Shown piece after piece: positions 1-9,237 of a DNA stretch of 63,018 nucleotides. The notes beneath the pieces were generated by a model that had not been told where the DNA came from, ran no database searches, and saw only the letters and a program-made list of their open reading frames with translations. Source of the DNA: Solirubrobacterales bacterium (GTDB taxonomy: Bacteria > Actinomycetota > Thermoleophilia > Solirubrobacterales > JBBDJG01); NCBI GenBank assembly GCA_040880005.1, contig JBBDJG010000035.1, forward strand, positions 1 through 63,018. The letters run 5' to 3'. A program made the position numbers and the translations under genes. Numbering within the stretch: the stretch's first letter is position 1; each line of letters starts with the position of its first letter.

Positions 1-89
1 AGCGGGTCGGACACCACCAGCCCGTGGGACCAGGGTGACACTGACGAACCCTACCGGCCCTCTCTACCTTGCCGGCACCACGAGCACCG

Positions 90-1664
90 TCAACTTCCTC
101 CTTCGTGCGGGGCTCCGGGTGCGTGCGCGGCCAGCTCGGGAGGCACGACCTCCGGCCGGCGCCTGAAGAACTCCGGCCGGGTCATCCAGGTGACGAGCAT
201 GAGGACCACTCCCAGCAGGATGAAGCCGGCGCCGATCACCAGCGGCGGGCCGAGCCCGAGCCATGAGTCCCCCGATTCCGAGTTCTCGGGCAGGGTGAAC
301 TGGGCGCACGACTTGACGAACAGGTACGTCAGCATCAACGCGCCGACCAGCGGGGCGACCCCGATGAAGAGGAAGTTCTTCGCGCTCTTGAGCAGCTCGC
401 GCCGGTAGTAGATCACGCACGCGAACCCGGTCAGCCCGTAATAGAAGGCGATCATCAACCCGAGCGCGGCGATCGAGTCGAAAAGGATGTTCTCGCTGAC
501 GATCGTCAGGAAGACGTACCAGACGACCGAGAACGCGCCCATCAGGATCGTCGAGACGTGGGGGGTCAGGAAGCGAGGGTGCACGTCGCCGAGCGCCTTC
601 GGCATGGCGTGAGCCCTGGCCATCGAGAGCGTCGTACGTGCCGTTGGCAGAATCGTCGTCTGGGTTGACGCGGCAGCCGACGTCAACACCGCGATGATCA
701 GGATGCGATCGAGCGGATAGCCGAACACGTCATTGCCGAGCACGCTCAGCACATCGTCGGAGTTCTCGACCAAGACTTCGGTTCCGCCATATGCCTGCGC
801 GGCGATCGAGACGATCACGTAGATCCCCACGAGGATGATCGTGGCGATGATCGCGGCTCTGCCCGGCGTGGTGGAACTCCCTTCGGTCTCCTCGTTGACG
901 GTCACGGTGCTGTCCCAACCCCAGTAGATGAACACCGCGATCAGCACGCCGCCGACCAGTGTCCCCTCGCTGGTCGAGAACGGGTTCATGTCGCCAAGCG
1001 GTATCTCGAACGGGTTGATCCAGGACAGCGATGGATCGATCCCGCCGGGCAGGGCGTCGCCCGAATAGACCTTGACCAGCGCCACGACCGCGAAGATGGC
1101 CAGGGTAACGACCTCGGCCCCCAGCAGGACCACCTGGGTGCGCGCCGACAGCTCGATGCCGATCACGCAGATCGCGGTCATGACCGCGATCCACATGACC
1201 CCCACGGCGGTGACCGCGGCCGTCGAAGCGGCCGCCGAGTCCCATCCGAACAGCAGGAACGAGTACAGGCCCGCGATCTGGGCCAGGTTTGCCATCACGA
1301 TGATGTCGGCGACTACGATCGCCCAGCCGGCGACCCAGCCGATCTGCGGCCCCATCGCCTTGGTCACCCACGAGAAGGTCGTGCCGCAGTCGGGATCGGC
1401 GCGGTTCATGTAGTAGTAGGCCGCGGCGATGAACAACATCGGAATGAAGGCGACGATGAAGATCGCGGGCGCGAATACGCCGATGCCCGCGACCGCGACG
1501 ACGAAGCCGAGCGACGCCGCCAGCGAGTAGCCGGGCGCGGTCGAGGCGACGCCGATCACCAAGCTGGAGGCGAAGCCGATCGCGCCGGTCTTCAGCCCCT
1601 TCTCGCCCGGGGCTGAGCCCGCCGGGGCAGTCGAGCCCGGTGCCGGAACCGACGCACTCTCCAA
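90..1664 (-). CDS. APC family amino acid/polyamine permease
   Basis: 524 aa, ~12 hydrophobic segments; APC-type motifs (GVASTAPGYSL, PDCGTTFSWV, YWGWDSTVTVNEE, ARTTLSMAR). Confidence 0.9.
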   Translation of the reverse strand: MESASVPAPGSTAPAGSAPGEKGLKTGAIGFASSLVIGVASTAPGYSLAASLGFVVAVAGIGVFAPAIFIVAFIPMLFIAAAYYYMNRADPDCGTTFSWVTKAMGPQIGWVAGWAIVVADIIVMANLAQIAGLYSFLLFGWDSAAASTAAVTAVGVMWIAVMTAICVIGIELSARTQVVLLGAEVVTLAIFAVVALVKVYSGDALPGGIDPSLSWINPFEIPLGDMNPFSTSEGTLVGGVLIAVFIYWGWDSTVTVNEETEGSSTTPGRAAIIATIILVGIYVIVSIAAQAYGGTEVLVENSDDVLSVLGNDVFGYPLDRILIIAVLTSAAASTQTTILPTARTTLSMARAHAMPKALGDVHPRFLTPHVSTILMGAFSVVWYVFLTIVSENILFDSIAALGLMIAFYYGLTGFACVIYYRRELLKSAKNFLFIGVAPLVGALMLTYLFVKSCAQFTLPENSESGDSWLGLGPPLVIGAGFILLGVVLMLVTWMTRPEFFRRRPEVVPPELAAHAPGAPHEGGS

Positions 1665-1759
1665 GTGATCCTCCCTCTCTCGCAGGAGACGCGGGCGCAG
1701 ACTACTCCCGCAGGCGGATCCGGTCCAGCCCTCTGGACATTCTGCCGATAGACGCTTGG

Positions 1760-2572
1760 ATGGCAGGGACCGCCCCCAGCAAGCCGGACGTCGAGCCGGC
1801 GCCGGAATCCGAGCCGTCCCCGGACGCCGTCGACCACACGGGGCAGGGCCTCGTCGGCGCGGCCCGCAACCGCATGGTCAACGAGCTGGTGTTCCTCCAG
1901 GGCGTCACCGCCACGAAGCAGACGCTGCGCGAGTGGAGCCGGCGCCCCTGGCAGGTGATGCGCGTGTGGCTGTTCTGGAGCGTCGTAATCGCCCTGCTGC
2001 TGCTGACCGCCGTTCTGGTCGTGGCGCACTTCTCGACTCCCGACCCGACCGGCGTGATCGTGCCCGGATTCAACAGCAAGGTCGATGGTCAGGACATCGG
2101 GATGATCCTCTTCCGCAACTCGCTCGTCCTGGCACTGCACGCCTTCGCTTGCATAGCCGGCTTCATCGCCGGCAACTCGCTGCCGATCTCGGCCGCCAAG
2201 CGCAGTGGCTTCTCGAGGATGGTGCACGAAAAGGCGGGGCCGCTTTCGATCGGCTTCGTCGCCTGCGCAACGACATTCTCACTCGCCACCCAGGCCTACT
2301 TCCTCGGCAACATCCTGACGACATTGGCGGCCCAGGTTGGCCTGTCGGACTTCCATCTGCTGCTGCTTCTGATCCCTCACGCTCTGCCGGAGCTGACCGC
2401 GCTGTTCCTTCCGCTCGCGGCGTGGCTGATCGCGAGCCGCCGTGACGATTGGGATCAGCTCTTGGCGGCCACGCTCGTGACCGTCGCCGTCGCGGTTCCC
2501 GTGCTGATCGTGTCCGCGATCCTGGAGGTCACGTTGTTCCCCGACCTGTTGCGGCACGCGACCGGTTCCTGA
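1760..2572 (+). CDS. SpoIIM-like (DUF95) membrane protein
   Basis: ILFRNSLV and IPHALPELTA motifs typical of the SpoIIM family, multiple TM segments; start uncertain (1760 or 1874). Confidence 0.65.
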   Translation: MAGTAPSKPDVEPAPESEPSPDAVDHTGQGLVGAARNRMVNELVFLQGVTATKQTLREWSRRPWQVMRVWLFWSVVIALLLLTAVLVVAHFSTPDPTGVIVPGFNSKVDGQDIGMILFRNSLVLALHAFACIAGFIAGNSLPISAAKRSGFSRMVHEKAGPLSIGFVACATTFSLATQAYFLGNILTTLAAQVGLSDFHLLLLLIPHALPELTALFLPLAAWLIASRRDDWDQLLAATLVTVAVAVPVLIVSAILEVTLFPDLLRHATGS

Positions 2573-2591
2573 TTCGCCCGGATCGACGCTC

Positions 2592-3038
2592 TCAGCCGCC
2601 GCGCCTGCGCACCGCACGATCCGGCGGCACCGACTCCAGCTTCGACTTCCACACGTACCTGCTCCACGCCTTGTAGCGCTTGCCGAGCCAGACGAGGTTC
2701 TCCCACGTAGCTGGATCGGACTGCTCACGCCACTCGACCAGTACGTCGCCAACGCGCTCCCAGACCACGTCGAAACCGAACGGCGCATCGAAGAACACGT
2801 CCTCGTGCAGCAGCCCGCGTGACACGAGCACGGCCGCGCTCTCATAGAAGACGAGCACGTTCATCAGCATGTCCGACTCGCGGCTGCCCTTCGGGTAGCG
2901 GTCGATCAGCTCCGCGTAGCTCTGCGCGGAGAACTCACTGAAGAACCACGCGCGTGCCTCGACCTGGCCGCTCGTCTGGGTGATCTCGAGCAGCTTCAGA
3001 TACAGGTGGCTGTCTTCGCCGAGCGGTGAGGATGCCAT
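2592..3038 (-). CDS. Hypothetical protein, DUF4760-like
   Basis: VLVFYESAAVLVSRGLLHEDVFF and WENLVWL pattern resembles DUF4760 proteins; start uncertain. Confidence 0.55.
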   Translation of the reverse strand: MASSPLGEDSHLYLKLLEITQTSGQVEARAWFFSEFSAQSYAELIDRYPKGSRESDMLMNVLVFYESAAVLVSRGLLHEDVFFDAPFGFDVVWERVGDVLVEWREQSDPATWENLVWLGKRYKAWSRYVWKSKLESVPPDRAVRRRGG

Positions 3039-3096
3039 TGCGGAGTGCATCAAGATAACGACCAGGCCCCCCGAATTGATCACCTAAACTCCCGCC

Positions 3097-4089
3097 GTGG
3101 CGAAGGTCCTGTTCGTATACAGCCGCGACTCGAGTTTTATCGCGATCGACCGCGAGATCCTGCGCGAGCGGTTCGAGCTGCGCGAGCGCGCGCAGCGGCG
3201 ACCGCTCGTCAACCCGATCGCGGTCGCGCGAGACGTCATTCGCAGCGACCTCGTATTCGGCTGGTTCGCGTACTGGCACACTTTCTGGCCGGTCACGCTG
3301 GCCTGGTTGTTGCGCAAGCCGTCGGTGTTGGTGATTGGAGGCTTCGACACTGCCAACATGCCCGACGCCGGCTACGGGCTGCAACGCGGCGGCCTGCGCA
3401 GGGCGATCAGCCGCTGGACGATGCGTCGCGCCACGCGCCTGATCACCAACTCCCACTTCAGCGCCGAGGAGATCGAACGCAACACCGGGATCGCACGCGA
3501 TCACGTAACGGTCCTGCACCACGGCGTCCCGGACCTTTTTGGCGAGCTGCCGCAGGCGCCCCGCAACCAGGTCGCGCTGACGGTCGGCGTGGTCGATCGT
3601 CCGAACCTGCTGCGCAAGGGCCTGCGTCCATTCGTCGAGGCGGCCACACGCTTGCCCGACGTGCACTTCGTCGTGGCCGGCAAATGGGAGGACGACGCCG
3701 CCGACGAGCTGCGCGCGCTCGCGGGCTCGAACGTGGAGCTGACCGGATGGCTGTCGCAGCAGCGGCTCGAGGACCTCTACCGCGAAGCGTCCGTGTACGT
3801 GCAGGCGTCGCTGCACGAGGGCTTCGGGCTCTCGGTCGCGGAGGCGATGCTGGCCGGGTGCGTGCCGGTGACGACGCGTGCCGGCGCCCTGCCCGAGGTC
3901 GTCGGCGACATCGGGGTCGCGGTAGCCGATGCCGACCCTGGCGAATTGGCTGCCGCGATCGAACGGGCGCTTGCAGGCGACGACGACGAGCCCGAGCGAG
4001 CGCGCCGCCACGTGCTCGAGAGCTTCCCGCTCGAGGCGAGGCGCGACGGAATCTTGCGTGTTGTCGAGCAGGCGTTGGGGGATACCTGA
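3097..4089 (+). CDS. Glycosyltransferase family 4 (GT-B)
   Basis: EGFGLSVAEAMLAGCVPV motif, RKG motif. Confidence 0.92.
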   Translation: MAKVLFVYSRDSSFIAIDREILRERFELRERAQRRPLVNPIAVARDVIRSDLVFGWFAYWHTFWPVTLAWLLRKPSVLVIGGFDTANMPDAGYGLQRGGLRRAISRWTMRRATRLITNSHFSAEEIERNTGIARDHVTVLHHGVPDLFGELPQAPRNQVALTVGVVDRPNLLRKGLRPFVEAATRLPDVHFVVAGKWEDDAADELRALAGSNVELTGWLSQQRLEDLYREASVYVQASLHEGFGLSVAEAMLAGCVPVTTRAGALPEVVGDIGVAVADADPGELAAAIERALAGDDDEPERARRHVLESFPLEARRDGILRVVEQALGDT

Positions 4090-4485
4090 TCACGGCCTGC
4101 CTCGAGCCGGTTCGCGATCTTCGCTGCGCAGCGCTCTGCGCACCATCTGCGCAGCGACGAACAGCAGCAGCGCCGCAAACGACAACTCGAGCGCGCGCTG
4201 AGGCAGCTCGTTGGCGACGACCACGCCGGCCACCACGCCGACGGGCGACAGCAGGCCGACGGCAAGCGCGTCCGCGATGCGCAGGTTGCCGTACTTGTAC
4301 TGCCTCCAGCTACCGGCCAGCGCGACCGGAATGATCGCCAGCAGCGATGTGGCCTCCGCCTGGATCTGCGTCTTGTCGAGCAGGATCGTGAGCGCGGGAA
4401 CGAACAGGATGCCGCCGCCCACTCCCATCAACCCGCCAACGGCGCCGGCCACGAACCCGATCAATGCGGCGAGGATCTCGTTCAT
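4090..4485 (-). CDS. Half-size TauE/SafE (TSUP) sulfite exporter family subunit
   Basis: 131 aa; GGLMGVGGGILFVP...AEATSL single repeat; ATG at 4485 overlaps the stop of the upstream half. Confidence 0.85.
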   Translation of the reverse strand: MNEILAALIGFVAGAVGGLMGVGGGILFVPALTILLDKTQIQAEATSLLAIIPVALAGSWRQYKYGNLRIADALAVGLLSPVGVVAGVVVANELPQRALELSFAALLLFVAAQMVRRALRSEDREPARGRP

Positions 4486-4844
4486 CACAGAACCAGATCC
4501 ACGGCGAGCGCAACCAGCAGCCCTGCAAACATCAGGGAGATGGTTCGACCCGACAGGCGCTGCTGCAACGCGGTGCCGGCAAGCACTCCGGCAACCGCGG
4601 GCAGGCCGACGAGCAGGCCGTCGCCAACGTCCACGTTGCCGTACCCGGTTTGAGTGGCAACACCAAAGCCGGCGATCACGATGATCGCCGCCAGCGAGGT
4701 TGCGGTCGCCTCGCGCTCCGCGTAGCCGAACCACAGAATCAGCAGCGGAACTATCACCGTGCCGCCGCCGACGCCGAACAGCCCGCTGAACGCGCCGGCC
4801 GCCGTGCCGATCGCTGCAAGCTTCGCGACGCGCTGCTTCGACAT
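4485..4844 (-). CDS. Half-size TauE/SafE (TSUP) sulfite exporter family subunit
   Basis: 119 aa; SGLFGVGGGTVIVP...ATATSL single repeat. Confidence 0.85.
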   Translation of the reverse strand: MSKQRVAKLAAIGTAAGAFSGLFGVGGGTVIVPLLILWFGYAEREATATSLAAIIVIAGFGVATQTGYGNVDVGDGLLVGLPAVAGVLAGTALQQRLSGRTISLMFAGLLVALAVDLVL

Positions 4845-4866
4845 GGTTCGAGATACTAGAGGCCGC

Positions 4867-5688
4867 GTGAGCCGGGCAGACTCTGACAAGGACGCGCACG
4901 AGCGGGCGGATGAGCTGCTCGCGCCTTTGCGCGCCGACCCACGGCGGTCGGCCCTGGTGCTCGACGTGGACGGCACGCTGGCACCGATCGTTCCCACCCC
5001 CGAGCAGGCAAAGGTGCCCGAGCGCACTCGCGAGCTGCTCGAAGCGCTTGCCGAGCGCTACGGCCTGATCGCGTGCGTCTCCGGGCGTCAGGTGCTCGAC
5101 GCGCGTCGCGTTGTCGGCATCAACTCGATCAGCTACAGCGGCAACCACGGATTCGAGTACCTCGCGGCGCACTCCGGCGAGATCGTGCTCGATCCGAGTG
5201 TCGTCGGGCAGGCGCAGCGCGTGCGGGAGTTCGCGACCGAACGCTTTTCGGGCGATCTCCAGCGCGTGGGCGTGCGCTTCGAGGACAAGGAGTCGATCTG
5301 CGCCTTCCACTGGCGCGGGGCGCCGGACGAGACCGGCACGCGGGCGCGACTCGAGCTGATCGCAGCCGATGCGCGCGACCTCGGCCTGGCGGTCCACTGG
5401 GGCCGCAAGGTGCTCGAGATCCGTCCCGACGTCGCGATCGACAAGGGCAGCGCGCTCGAATCGCTGCTGCGCCACGCCGATCCAAACGCGGCGCTGTACG
5501 CGGGCGACGACACCACGGACCTCGATGCTTTCCACAGGTTGCACGAACTGCGGGCGCAGGGAGCCCTCGGGCATGCAGTGTGCGTCGGCGTCGTCTCCGA
5601 CGAGGGGCCGGCCGAGATCGCCGAACGTGCCGACATGATCGTTGACGGGCCCGAAGGAATGGCCGACCTGCTCGCTTCACTTCGGTAA
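4867..5688 (+). CDS. otsB: Trehalose-6-phosphate phosphatase (HAD IIB)
   Basis: LDVDGTLAPI, VSGR, GNHGFE, GRKVLEIRP, DKG and YAGDDTTDLDAF motifs. Confidence 0.9.
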   Translation: MSRADSDKDAHERADELLAPLRADPRRSALVLDVDGTLAPIVPTPEQAKVPERTRELLEALAERYGLIACVSGRQVLDARRVVGINSISYSGNHGFEYLAAHSGEIVLDPSVVGQAQRVREFATERFSGDLQRVGVRFEDKESICAFHWRGAPDETGTRARLELIAADARDLGLAVHWGRKVLEIRPDVAIDKGSALESLLRHADPNAALYAGDDTTDLDAFHRLHELRAQGALGHAVCVGVVSDEGPAEIAERADMIVDGPEGMADLLASLR

Positions 5689-5691
5689 CCG

Positions 5692-6213
5692 ATGCACTTC
5701 ACCGACTTCCTCAAGACGACGGTGCTGTTGATGGCCGGCGAAGCAACCGCGTTGGGCGCGATCGCGATCGTCACCGCGGCGACCAGTGGCGAGACGTTCG
5801 TCCTGGTTCAAGCGCTCGCGTTCATAACGCTCGCCGGCATCGCGGGCGCGCTGGCCGGACGCAGGACCAAGGCTGGCACAGGCATTTCCACGCTGCTCGC
5901 CGACGCGCGCACCGAGAGCGCCCTGCCGCCGATTGAGCCGGCATCGATACTCGTCAATCGCCTCTGGCCGCTCGCTCCTTACGTGCTGCTGTTCGCGGGA
6001 GCCTCGTTCGTGTATCCGCAGGTCACGGGGATTGGCGCCGCGTTCCTGATCTTCCAGGCGCTAGCATGGCGCAAGCAGGAGAAGGCCGTGACCGCAATCG
6101 AGGAGCGCGACGGCGCCCGCTTCTACGTCGTCGGCGGCTCGCCCTTCCGGCGGATCCAACTCGTGCGGACGGTGGGCATGCGCCGCGTCACCTCGCTCAA
6201 CGGCGCCCCCTAA
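5692..6213 (+). CDS. Hypothetical membrane protein
   Basis: 173 aa, ~4 TM segments, starts 3 nt after otsB, host-like codon usage. Confidence 0.75.
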   Translation: MHFTDFLKTTVLLMAGEATALGAIAIVTAATSGETFVLVQALAFITLAGIAGALAGRRTKAGTGISTLLADARTESALPPIEPASILVNRLWPLAPYVLLFAGASFVYPQVTGIGAAFLIFQALAWRKQEKAVTAIEERDGARFYVVGGSPFRRIQLVRTVGMRRVTSLNGAP

Positions 6214-6214
6214 G

Positions 6215-7966
6215 TTACCTCGTCGCCTTGCGTACCCGCTTGCGTGTCCGCTTGCGCAGCTTGGACAGCTCGCGCCAGCTTCGCGTGTTCGCGATCTGGG
6301 CCGGTCCGAGCCACGCACGCCGCGCGGTGGCGATGCCGTAGCGCATCACGTCGAGCGTCTCGGTGCGATGCGCGTCGGAGCTGATCGCGAGTATCGCTCC
6401 GGCCTCGGCGGCCAGGCGCGCTTGCAGGTCGGAGAGGTCGCGACGATTGGGGTTGGCGTTGATCTCGAGCATCGTGCCCGTCGTTGCGGCATGCTCGACG
6501 AGCCGCTCGATGTCGAGCCGATAGGGCTCGCGGCGCAACAGCAACCTTCCCGTCGGATGGCCGATCGCATCGACGTAGGGGCTGTCCATCGCCGCCATGA
6601 TCCGCTCGGTCATGCGGCGCTCGCTCATCCGAAACGACGAGTGCACGGATGCCACGACCCAGTCCAGCTCGCCGAGCAGCTCGTCGTCGTAGTCGAGCGA
6701 TCCGTCCGGGTGGATGTTCACCTCGGACCCCGCAAGCAGGCGAAAGCCCTTGCTTGCCGAGTTGCGTTTGCGGATCTCGGCGATGCGGCGGCGCAGCGTG
6801 CCCGGCTGGACGTCGTCGCCGAAGCCGAACGAGGCCGAGTGGTCGGTGATTGCGAAATATCGGTAGCCGCGCTTGCGCGCGGCCTCCGCCATCTGCGCGA
6901 GCGTCGCGCGCCCGTCCGAAAGCGTCGTGTGACTGTGTAGGTCGCCCTTGATGTCCGACCCTTCGATCAGCGCCGGCAGCGTATGGTCGAGAGCAGCCTC
7001 CAGCTCGCCGCGACCCTCGCGCAGCTCGGGCTCGATGTAGTCGAGTCCGAGCAAGCCGTACACGTCCTGCTCCGTGGCGCAGGCATCGGTGCGGCCGCTG
7101 CGCTCGTCCTCGATGCCGTACTCGCTGACGTGCTGGCCGCGCTGCACCGCGTACTCGCGCAGCTCGACGTTGTGGCGCTTCGACCCCGTCAGGTGTTGAA
7201 GCACATTCCCGAACTGTTCCGGAGCGACAACGCGAAAATCGACGCTGAGGCCGTTGTGCGTGAGGATCTTGGCGCCCGCCTCGCCGCTCGCCTTGGTCTC
7301 CGCGACGATCTCCAGCTCGGTGAACGCGCGCGTGAGCGCGGCAGCGTCGCGCGATGTCGCGACGATGTCGAGGTCCTTGCAGGTATCGGCCATGCGGCGA
7401 GCGCTTCCGGCAATCTCGACTCGCTCCGCGGCCGGATGCACGCGCAGCTCTTCGAGGATCTCGTCGGCGATCTCGAGCACGTCGGAAAGCAGGCGCCGCT
7501 TGGGCGACCCGGCACGCGGTCGCTTGCGCAGGGCGGCAAGGATGTTCTGCTCGGCCTTCGGGCCGAGCCCCGCTATCTCGCGCAGCTGTTGACCTTCCGC
7601 AGCTTCGCGAAGCTGGGCGAGCGTCGCGATTCCGAGTTGATCGTGGATCTTGCGTGCGGTCTTTGCTCCCAGGCCGGGGATCCGCATGTATTCGACCAGC
7701 TCGCCGGGGAACTTCTGCTTCAGCTTCGCCGCAGCCGGAATCTCACCGGCCTCGAGCAGCGCCTCGATCTTCTGCTCCAGCGTCTTGCCGACACCCGGCA
7801 GCTCTGTGAGGCGCCGTTCGGACGCGAGCTGCTGCACCGACATGGGTGATTCACGCACGACCTGCGCCGCCTGGCGGTAGGCGATCACACGGTAAACGAC
7901 CGCACCATCGAGCTCGTAGAGGTCCCCCAACTCGTCGAGGGCGGCTGCAATGTCGGCGTTCTTCAT
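6215..7966 (-). CDS. polX: DNA polymerase X with C-terminal PHP exonuclease domain
   Basis: HhH motifs (LPGVGK, IPGLGAK), GSARR..KDLD catalytic motif, TGSKRHN; PHP motifs DLHSHT, TDHS, SSDAH. Confidence 0.95.
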   Translation of the reverse strand: MKNADIAAALDELGDLYELDGAVVYRVIAYRQAAQVVRESPMSVQQLASERRLTELPGVGKTLEQKIEALLEAGEIPAAAKLKQKFPGELVEYMRIPGLGAKTARKIHDQLGIATLAQLREAAEGQQLREIAGLGPKAEQNILAALRKRPRAGSPKRRLLSDVLEIADEILEELRVHPAAERVEIAGSARRMADTCKDLDIVATSRDAAALTRAFTELEIVAETKASGEAGAKILTHNGLSVDFRVVAPEQFGNVLQHLTGSKRHNVELREYAVQRGQHVSEYGIEDERSGRTDACATEQDVYGLLGLDYIEPELREGRGELEAALDHTLPALIEGSDIKGDLHSHTTLSDGRATLAQMAEAARKRGYRYFAITDHSASFGFGDDVQPGTLRRRIAEIRKRNSASKGFRLLAGSEVNIHPDGSLDYDDELLGELDWVVASVHSSFRMSERRMTERIMAAMDSPYVDAIGHPTGRLLLRREPYRLDIERLVEHAATTGTMLEINANPNRRDLSDLQARLAAEAGAILAISSDAHRTETLDVMRYGIATARRAWLGPAQIANTRSWRELSKLRKRTRKRVRKATR

Positions 7967-7988
7967 GCACGCGTACGATACGCGGCCC

Positions 7989-8756
7989 ATGGCCACGCCC
8001 CAGTTGCAGCGCGGACCCGTCTGGGTCGTGCTGCCAACATACGACGAGCGCGACAATCTCGAGCCGATCGTGCGCGAGATCCGCGGCGCGCTCGAGTCGG
8101 TCGTCCCCGATCACGTAATCCTCGTCGTCGACGACTCCTCGCCCGACGGCACCGGCGAGCTGGCGGACCGTCTCGCGGCCGCCGACGCACACGTCCAGGT
8201 TCTGCATCGCGCCGCGAAGCAAGGGCTCGGGCAGGCCTACCTGGCGGGCTTTCGCCGTGCACTGGACGCCGGTGCCGCGCTCGTGATCGAGATGGACGCC
8301 GACTTCTCCCACGATCCGGCTGACCTGCCGCGCTTGATCGAGGCGGCGGGCGACCTCGTGCTCGGCTCACGCTACGTCCGCGGCGGCGGAGTACGCGACT
8401 GGGGCCCGGCGCGGCGCTTGATCAGCCGGGGCGGCAGCCTCTACGCACGACTGGTCCTGGGAGTGCCCGTCCACGACCTGACCGGCGGCTTCAAGTGCTT
8501 TCGCCGAGCGGTGCTCGAGGCGATCGACCTCGACAGCGTGCGCTCACGCGGCTATGCCTTTCAGGTCGAGCTGACCTATCGGGCGATCAAGCACGGGTTC
8601 GCGGTGACGGAGGTCCCGATCACGTTCGCCGACCGACGCGTGGGCGAGAGCAAGATGTCGCGCACGATCGTGGCGGAGGCGATCTGGATGGTGCCGAGCC
8701 TGCGGTTTGGGCGGCGCAGGTACCGGCCGCCGAAGCAGCGCACCCGCCTAAGCTAA
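7989..8756 (+). CDS. Polyprenol monophosphomannose synthase (GT2, Ppm1/DPM1-like)
   Basis: PTYDE, VDDSSPDGT, EMDADFSHDP, DLTGGFK, GYAFQVE, GESKMS motifs. Confidence 0.92.
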   Translation: MATPQLQRGPVWVVLPTYDERDNLEPIVREIRGALESVVPDHVILVVDDSSPDGTGELADRLAAADAHVQVLHRAAKQGLGQAYLAGFRRALDAGAALVIEMDADFSHDPADLPRLIEAAGDLVLGSRYVRGGGVRDWGPARRLISRGGSLYARLVLGVPVHDLTGGFKCFRRAVLEAIDLDSVRSRGYAFQVELTYRAIKHGFAVTEVPITFADRRVGESKMSRTIVAEAIWMVPSLRFGRRRYRPPKQRTRLS

Positions 8757-8778
8757 GCTTGCGTTGTTGGTCGAGCTA

Positions 8779-8817
8779 CAGAGTTCCCGATTTTCCCGCC
8801 TAAGGGAAAATCGGAAA
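8779..8817. repeat. Palindromic repeat family B, intergenic copy
   Basis: CAGAGTTC + CCGATTTTCCC (8787-8797)/GGGAAAATCGG (8804-8814) perfect 11-bp stem; related to the element inside rarA. Confidence 0.6.
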
Positions 8818-8838
8818 TATTCGAAGGAAAGGGCGAAC

Positions 8839-9165
8839 GTGACCGGGCAAGTCGCAGACGTGACCGACGACAATTTCACCGCCGAGGTGCTCGAATCGGA
8901 GACCCCGGTGCTGGTTGATTTCTGGGCACCGTGGTGCGGGCCTTGCCGCGTCGTTTCCCCGATCCTCAAGGAGATCAACGACGAGCGCGAGGACATGCGC
9001 GTGGTGAAGATGAACGTCGACGACAACCAGCAGACCGCGGTCCAGTACGAGATCCTCTCGATCCCGACGATGATCCTGTTCAGGAATGGGCAGGTCGCGA
9101 AGAAGCTGATCGGCGCCCAGCCGAAGGCACGGATCGTCGGCGAGCTGGAACCGGCGCTAACTTAG
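8839..9165 (+). CDS. trxA: Thioredoxin
   Basis: VDFWAPWCGPC, SIPT; GTG start after a purine-rich SD. Confidence 0.96.
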   Translation: MTGQVADVTDDNFTAEVLESETPVLVDFWAPWCGPCRVVSPILKEINDEREDMRVVKMNVDDNQQTAVQYEILSIPTMILFRNGQVAKKLIGAQPKARIVGELEPALT

Positions 9166-9167
9166 GT

Positions 9168-9235
9168 TTGGGACGGCCGTAGGCCGGCCCTCCTGCATGA
9201 GGGGGGGTCGAGGGGGGCGTATAGCCCCCTCGTTG
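9168..9235 (+). repeat. Double-hairpin dispersed repeat family A, copy 1
   Basis: GGGACGGCCGTAGGCCGGCCCTCC-TGCATGAGGGGGGGTCG-AGGGGGGCGTATAGCCCCCTCGTT between convergent trxA and ileS. Confidence 0.9.
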
Positions 9236-9237
9236 TT

